From a virus (taxonomy: Duplodnaviria > Caudoviricetes), in the IMG/VR virus record IMGVR_UViG_3300037590_000130, positions 1 through 42,241 of that record: a stretch of 42,241 nucleotides of DNA; one strand, given 5' to 3'. Below the pieces are notes generated by a model. The model worked only from the letters and a program-made list of their open reading frames with translations, searched no databases and was not told the DNA's origin. Both the position numbers and the translations under genes were made by a program. This document shows positions 37,343 to 42,241 of this stretch, piece by piece; position 1 is the stretch's first letter; every line of letters begins with the position of its first letter.

Positions 37343-38440
37343 ATGGCAAATACCGTTCTGGTAAAACGAACGACCGTGGCCGGCCGGGTGCCCAGCACGG
37401 CACAACTCGCTGCGGGAGAGTTGGCGGTGAATGTCACCGACGGAAAGCTGTTCCTGAAGCGTGTCTCCGGGTCCGAAACCGTGATCGAACTTGGACAGAC
37501 TGGGCCGCAAGGCCCCACCGGGCCGACCGGTCCCCAAGGTGCGGCCGGGCCAGCAGGACCAAAGGGAGATGCTGGCGCGACAGGAGCAACGGGTCCACAG
37601 GGCCCAACAGGTGCCACGGGTCCAACGCCGGCGCATCAATGGTCTGGCACGAGCCTTCGGTTCTATACCGGCACCGCCTGGGGCGCTTACGTAAATCTTA
37701 AGGGGGCAACTGGTGCCACAGGGGCAACCGGTGCAACTGGGCCTCAGGGCGACGCCGGCCCAACTGGACCGCAAGGTCCGGCAGGTCCGACCGGGGCAAC
37801 AGGCACAAAAGGTGACACAGGCCCGACAGGTCCTCAGGGCCCAACGGGTGCCACAGGACCGACGCCCGCCCATCAATGGTCCGGAACCAGCCTGCGCTTT
37901 TACAACGGTTCCACTTGGGGGGCTTACGTCAACCTGAAAGGCTCAACAGGTGCGACGGGGGCAACAGGTGCGACAGGCCCTCAAGGTCCCGCGGGAGCAG
38001 ATGGGTCTCCCGATACCGCGGCACAGGTTCTGGCCAAGCTGGTGACCGTGGATGGGTCTGGCTCTGGCATTGATGCCGACCTTCTCGATGGCAACCACGC
38101 CAGCGCCTTTGCCCGGCTGTCGGGAGCGACCTTTAGCGGTGTCGTGACCGCCCCGAACTTCGTCTCCTCCTCAGACGCGCGCCTCAAATCCGACATCGCA
38201 CCCATCGCAGATGCGCTGGCAAAAGTGCGGGCGCTGACTGGGGTCACTTTCGCCATGGCGGGCTGTGATACCCGACAGATGGGCCTCATCGCGCAAGACG
38301 TGCAGGCGGTTTCGCCGGAGGCTGTCGTCGAGACGGAGGGCATTCTGCGCCTCGCTTATGGCAATCTCGTGGGCCTCCTCGTGGAGGCCATCAAGGACCT
38401 CGCAAAGGAGGTCGACCAGCTGAAAAGGACCGCACCGTGA
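37343..38440 (+). CDS. Collagen-like tail fibre with S74 chaperone
   Basis: Three G-X-Y runs separated by [22 protein letters not shown]; DADLLDG; SSDARLK...GLIAQDV. Confidence 0.9.
   Translation: MANTVLVKRTTVAGRVPSTAQLAAGELAVNVTDGKLFLKRVSGSETVIELGQTGPQGPTGPTGPQGAAGPAGPKGDAGATGATGPQGPTGATGPTPAHQWSGTSLRFYTGTAWGAYVNLKGATGATGATGATGPQGDAGPTGPQGPAGPTGATGTKGDTGPTGPQGPTGATGPTPAHQWSGTSLRFYNGSTWGAYVNLKGSTGATGATGATGPQGPAGADGSPDTAAQVLAKLVTVDGSGSGIDADLLDGNHASAFARLSGATFSGVVTAPNFVSSSDARLKSDIAPIADALAKVRALTGVTFAMAGCDTRQMGLIAQDVQAVSPEAVVETEGILRLAYGNLVGLLVEAIKDLAKEVDQLKRTAP
37590..37990 (+). repeat. Internal 79-aa (237-nt) duplication in the collagen fibre
   Basis: CATCAATGG at 37634 and 37871; protein near-identical, synonymous sites diverged. 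Confidence 0.85.
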
Positions 38441-39339
38441 TCGAGACCGGGCTTTATGCCATCACCAATTGCGGCGTGCCGCGCCATTACGCGGTCGATG
38501 TCAAACCTGATTATGTATCAATTGCCGTCTTCGAGTTCGCAAACCCTGGTACGGCAAACGGCATGGGCGGGGTCATGCTCTGGGCCGATCTACTAGCTCA
38601 TCTCGAGGCGCGGCCTGCCTTTGGCAATCAGGCGGGCTTTGTGGATCTGGCCTATAATGAATGTTTTGTCCCAGATCTTCCTGACGCGCCGATGGGAGCG
38701 ATCTACAAGGGTCGATCTTGCCTCTTTGTCTCAGGGATGCGGGGTCATGACGAGATCGTTGATCACGCGCTGATCGACATGGCTGTCGGCGCTGACGGAC
38801 GGCCGCTCTCCTGGCGCAACCGCTTTGCGCAATCCGCCCGCGAGAAGATCGACACTTCTTTCCGCTACCGGGCGCGCGAGAGCATCTCGAACGCGCTGGT
38901 GGTATTTCTGCCTGTCGTGGTGCCCTTCGATCAGACCCGGATCGAGGTCCTGTGTCAGATCCCGCCAATCCTGTTGAACGGCACGATGCAGACACGCGAA
39001 ATCAACGATGCGACGATCCCGAAGGACGGGCTCTGGTACAAGCAGTTCTACTTCCATGGCTTGGGCCCAGAGGCTGCCACCGTGCCAGCCGGTGGGCGAG
39101 TGGATGTGCCTGTGGCGCTCAAATGGAACGCGGATGGCTCCGCCTTTGCCCATGCCGTCGCGCTGAAGCTCGAGAGTGATGCGGGCTATCTGCCAAAAAG
39201 CCGCCTCTTCACGGGCACCGATGGCACGGGCAGCTTTGCCATCGAGGCGCTTGGGCTCTCCCCAGGCGATCGCATCACAGTGAAGCTCAACACCGAGCAT
39301 TACACTGCGATCGGCAAGATTGTTTTGGAAGTGGTCTGA
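38437..39339 (+). CDS. Uncharacterised protein, C-terminal Ig-like beta-sandwich suspected
   Basis: GTGA overlap with the fibre gene; beta-strand pattern in the last ~90 aa ([35 protein letters not shown]). Confidence 0.7.
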   Translation: MIETGLYAITNCGVPRHYAVDVKPDYVSIAVFEFANPGTANGMGGVMLWADLLAHLEARPAFGNQAGFVDLAYNECFVPDLPDAPMGAIYKGRSCLFVSGMRGHDEIVDHALIDMAVGADGRPLSWRNRFAQSAREKIDTSFRYRARESISNALVVFLPVVVPFDQTRIEVLCQIPPILLNGTMQTREINDATIPKDGLWYKQFYFHGLGPEAATVPAGGRVDVPVALKWNADGSAFAHAVALKLESDAGYLPKSRLFTGTDGTGSFAIEALGLSPGDRITVKLNTEHYTAIGKIVLEVV

Positions 39340-40079
39340 TGGAAATCCCAACCACGAGTGAATTCCAGCTGATCTATCCGAGCTTCGTGCTGCACAAACA
39401 TTGGGAGATGCCCGAGGGCTTCAATGACCGCCTGCATACGTTGGCGGCCGAGGACGCGGTGGCGAACCGCATTCAAGATTCTGGCGACGGGCGCAATGTC
39501 GGTGATGACACAAACCATCTTGGACATCTGCGCCACAACTTCTTGATGGATCGGCGCGACCCGGCGCTTGCAGTGCTGGCGCAGATGGTCGCCGCTGGGG
39601 TCCGGGAATATCTGCAACTCGCCTATGGCTACGATCATAACGGCGAAATCCGCATGATGTCGGACACCTTCTGGCAGCGACGCTTGTTGCGCGAGAACGT
39701 CGGTATCAACGCCCACACCCATATCCAGACTGACATCGTCTGCACCTATTATCCGCGCGTGGTCCTGGATGCGGATTGCCCGGACACTTCACTTCATCGC
39801 GGTGCGGTGCGGTTTTACGATCCGGCCAATGTCGGCAAGCGGCTTTGGCCCTGTAATAACCCGGACGCCTATGTCGGCGGCTGGTATGCGGTCGAGCCGC
39901 GCACGGGCTCGATGGTCGTGTTCGAGGGGCATCTGCCGCACGATAGCACCTATTTTGAGGGCGAGGAGCGGATGTGCATCCCGGTCCTGTGCTCCCTCGA
40001 ACTCCCGAATTCCCACTGCAAGGCCAGTCTCACAGAGATCCTGGCCCATCAGGCACAAGGAGCATCCCATGGCCTATAA
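39339..40079 (+). CDS. Putative 2OG-Fe(II) oxygenase (TIGR02466 / 2OG-FeII_Oxy_5-like)
   Basis: NAHTH...VCTYY, RFYDP, PRTGSMVVFEGHLPH, ERMCI. Confidence 0.8.
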   Translation: MEIPTTSEFQLIYPSFVLHKHWEMPEGFNDRLHTLAAEDAVANRIQDSGDGRNVGDDTNHLGHLRHNFLMDRRDPALAVLAQMVAAGVREYLQLAYGYDHNGEIRMMSDTFWQRRLLRENVGINAHTHIQTDIVCTYYPRVVLDADCPDTSLHRGAVRFYDPANVGKRLWPCNNPDAYVGGWYAVEPRTGSMVVFEGHLPHDSTYFEGEERMCIPVLCSLELPNSHCKASLTEILAHQAQGASHGL

Positions 40080-40377
40080 GGTCGGAACCACCATCGTGAT
40101 CGATGACAGCGGCAATGTGGATTGGTCGCGCATCGCCAATAAACCCGCGATCGGTACGGGCGATATCAGCGATGTGTCGGTTGTAAATGGTACGCCGACA
40201 TCCGGTGCCACGGGGGCGCAAGCCGTCTATGGCATCGGCAGCGTCAACACAAATTGGGGCGGAACGGCCACCTACAACTGCTACGTCGAGAGCTTGTCCG
40301 GCGGCGGCGCGGCGGGGTCGGTCACGATCACGGCAAACCGTAAGACCTTCAACTGTAACTGCGCCTGCAGGTGCTGA
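40069..40377 (+). CDS. 102-aa Gly/Thr/Ser-rich fibre-like protein with C-terminal CxCxCxC; candidate rSAM substrate
   Basis: ATG 40069 with AAGGA; in frame with ORF 39769..40377; WSRIANKP fibre motif; ends FNCNCACRC. Confidence 0.8.
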   Translation: MAYKVGTTIVIDDSGNVDWSRIANKPAIGTGDISDVSVVNGTPTSGATGAQAVYGIGSVNTNWGGTATYNCYVESLSGGGAAGSVTITANRKTFNCNCACRC

Positions 40378-40379
40378 CG

Positions 40380-41006
40380 ATGGAGGTTCGCAGTACCACT
40401 TTGGAGCTCTGGCCGACGCGGGTCACCTTCTTTGAAACGCCCGTCGATTGGCCAGTGAACCGACAGCTGGCAGATCAGGCCGTTGCGGCAGTTTGTAGTT
40501 CTGGCACGCGTCTGTCTGCGGCCGAGCGCCGAGTGCGGGGCATTCTCGAGCGCAGTGACGCCGGCCAAACCCTGAAAGCCCATCTCTTCGTCTGCGCGCG
40601 TGCCGTCCTCGGCCCCTGGGCTCGATATCTCGACTCCGATCATTGCGAAAATCGTGCCCTCGTCATCGAGCCCGGCGGCTTCATCTCAACCCACAAGGAC
40701 AGCCGCGAGGGCGACCTGACCTGCGTCCACTTTCTGACCGGCAGTGGGTCGGTCCAGCCAGTGAATTCCATAGGCACCCCGCGCTTCGTGATCGAGGATC
40801 CGTCGCGGTACTTCGATGAGGGGCGGCTGCCTTATGAGAGCCGCCATGGCTACTCGGTCAACCCGCGGCCGGGGCTCTCGGTCTTCTTCCCCTCTCATAT
40901 CCCCCATAACCAGCACCCCTACGAGGGGAGCGCGCCGCATGTACAGGTGGTCGCGAACTTCCGCGTCAACCTGCCCGTGGCCATCGAGGAAAGGCTGTTC
41001 GACTGA
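40380..41006 (+). CDS. Second putative 2OG-Fe(II) oxygenase
   Basis: STHKD (HxD), IEDP, PRPGLSVFFPSHIPH, VVANF. Confidence 0.8.
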   Translation: MEVRSTTLELWPTRVTFFETPVDWPVNRQLADQAVAAVCSSGTRLSAAERRVRGILERSDAGQTLKAHLFVCARAVLGPWARYLDSDHCENRALVIEPGGFISTHKDSREGDLTCVHFLTGSGSVQPVNSIGTPRFVIEDPSRYFDEGRLPYESRHGYSVNPRPGLSVFFPSHIPHNQHPYEGSAPHVQVVANFRVNLPVAIEERLFD

Positions 41007-42241
41007 TGTGGTTTGATCTGACATTGGAAGCGCGTGACGGCAGCCGTCACCAAGTGCGCTACAACCCCCACACCTCCGAATGCGAAGGGCTGTCGCTGCC
41101 CATCGAGCCGGGAATCTTCGCGCCGGTACCGCGCGTGGCCAAAGACAAGCCCCTCGGAAAATCCCGCGCCCCCCGCATCCTGAAAATCCAACTCGGCCTG
41201 TCGTGCAATTATGCCTGCAGCTATTGCAGCCAGGCCTTCCAGATCGCCGATGCCACGGTCTCGAAGCTGGCCGATGTCGAGCACTTCCTGACCCAACTTG
41301 ACGGTTGGATCACCGACGCCCCGGAAAAGATCGAGCTCTGGGGCGGGGAACCTTTCCTCTACTGGGCCAAGATCAAGCGACTGATCCCCGCGCTGGCAGA
41401 GCGTTTTCCGGCAGCGCGCTTCTCTATCGTCACGAATGGTTCGCTCTTCTCCCGCGAAAAACTGGATTTCATTGCCGAACACGACATTGAAATCACGATC
41501 TCGCATGACGGGCCCGGTCAGCATCTGCGCGGGCCGGATCCGTTCGACGATCCTGCCAAGCGCCAATGGATCGAAACCTTGTTGGCCGAGCGCCCGGAAA
41601 AGATCGGGTTCAATGCAGTGCTAACGCGCGAGCGTCACGACCTTCGGGCGCTCAAGGACTGGTTCGCCGAAAAGGTCGGGCCGGACATCTTTGTTGGGCT
41701 CGAGGGCGTCGTGAATGTCTATGACGCCGCGACCGCCATCGGAACGGGACGGTTCGAGCCTGCCGAACTGAACAGCCTAACGCGGTCGATCTTCGAAGCA
41801 CTGGTTGAGGACCCGAATGCCTTCAGTCTCGGAGAACGCATCAACGAATTCTATGCCTCGATTCAGCGTCGGCGGCCGATCGAAGCCCTTGGCCAGAAAT
41901 GCGGCATGGACAGTACCGAAGCCATCGCTGTCGACCTGCGCGGGAACGTCATGACCTGCCAGAACACCGGGGCAAAGGGGGCGCACAAGATTGGCCATGT
42001 CGCCGAGTTTGACGCCATCGCGCTCGATACCGCGACGCATTTTGCCTTCCGAGAGGAATGCATGTCATGCCCCGTCGTTCAGCTCTGCAAGGGGTCCTGC
42101 ATGTTCCTCGAAGGCGAGTTCTTCAAGCAGAGCTGCGCCAACGAGTTTGCCTTCAACATGGGGATCATGATGGCGGCGGTCTGGCATTTGACGGGGATGG
42201 TGGTAGTTGGGGTGGAATGTGGCAGATTGCCGTCCCCGTAA
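41006..42241 (+). CDS. Radical SAM / SPASM domain protein
   Basis: [21 protein letters not shown]; C...C...[14 protein letters not shown]...C (7-Cys SPASM with CX2CX5CX3C); stop at 42239-42241. Confidence 0.93.
   Translation: MWFDLTLEARDGSRHQVRYNPHTSECEGLSLPIEPGIFAPVPRVAKDKPLGKSRAPRILKIQLGLSCNYACSYCSQAFQIADATVSKLADVEHFLTQLDGWITDAPEKIELWGGEPFLYWAKIKRLIPALAERFPAARFSIVTNGSLFSREKLDFIAEHDIEITISHDGPGQHLRGPDPFDDPAKRQWIETLLAERPEKIGFNAVLTRERHDLRALKDWFAEKVGPDIFVGLEGVVNVYDAATAIGTGRFEPAELNSLTRSIFEALVEDPNAFSLGERINEFYASIQRRRPIEALGQKCGMDSTEAIAVDLRGNVMTCQNTGAKGAHKIGHVAEFDAIALDTATHFAFREECMSCPVVQLCKGSCMFLEGEFFKQSCANEFAFNMGIMMAAVWHLTGMVVVGVECGRLPSP

Larger units (their letters stand above)
1..42241. mobile_element. 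Lambda-like siphovirus prophage (serine-integrase type); boundaries and att sites not identified
   Basis: Ordered modules: recombinase, replication, terminase, portal, ClpP-type protease, decoration, capsid, tail, lysis, fibres. Confidence 0.95.

Noticed and set aside
33808-38166. Fibre repeats as a DGR or invertible shufflon
   Set aside because: No reverse transcriptase or adjacent invertase; repeats are direct, differences are not adenine-specific, and recombination would delete the lysis genes
39769-40068. N-terminal 100 aa of ORF 39769..40377
   Set aside because: Off-frame overlap with oxygenase 1; a better start with SD exists at 40069
39339-42241. Oxygenases and rSAM as a DNA hypermodification pathway
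   Set aside because: They are in the late fibre operon, flank a Cys-rich ORF, carry SPASM, and lack nucleotide-pathway partners; disfavoured but not formally excluded
17929-42241. Gene transfer agent interpretation of the structural genes
   Set aside because: Integrase, replication genes, GpA terminase with a cos-like site and a lambda gpE-type capsid indicate a true prophage

Overview
The window is an apparently near-complete, GC-rich, lambda-like siphoviral prophage; its gene content suggests an alphaproteobacterial, Rhodobacteraceae-type host (inference). Gene order: leftward large serine recombinase module (1-2475), regulatory block (HTH, Com-like Zn finger, sigma-like factor; no CI-type repressor seen), replication/recombination genes, late regulator, a lambda-like cos region, ParB-MTase, terminase, head, tail (with a -1 frameshift chaperone), lysis cassette, then a translationally coupled block of extra fibre genes. 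The most striking feature is at 38437-42241, directly after collagen-like fibre genes: an unknown Ig-like protein, two 2OG-Fe(II) oxygenases flanking a 102-aa fibre-like protein ending NCNCACRC, and a radical SAM/SPASM enzyme. This is a candidate RiPP-like system for post-translational modification of a virion fibre protein. Other signals read from the sequence: paired outward-facing promoter-like motifs, a candidate Com-controlled RNA switch, a 23-bp-phased operator array, a cosQ/cosN/cosB-like site, and two morons (pRiA4b ORF3-like; GIY-YIG/T5orf172 nuclease). Family assignments come from motif recognition by eye; no database searches were run and att sites were not located.
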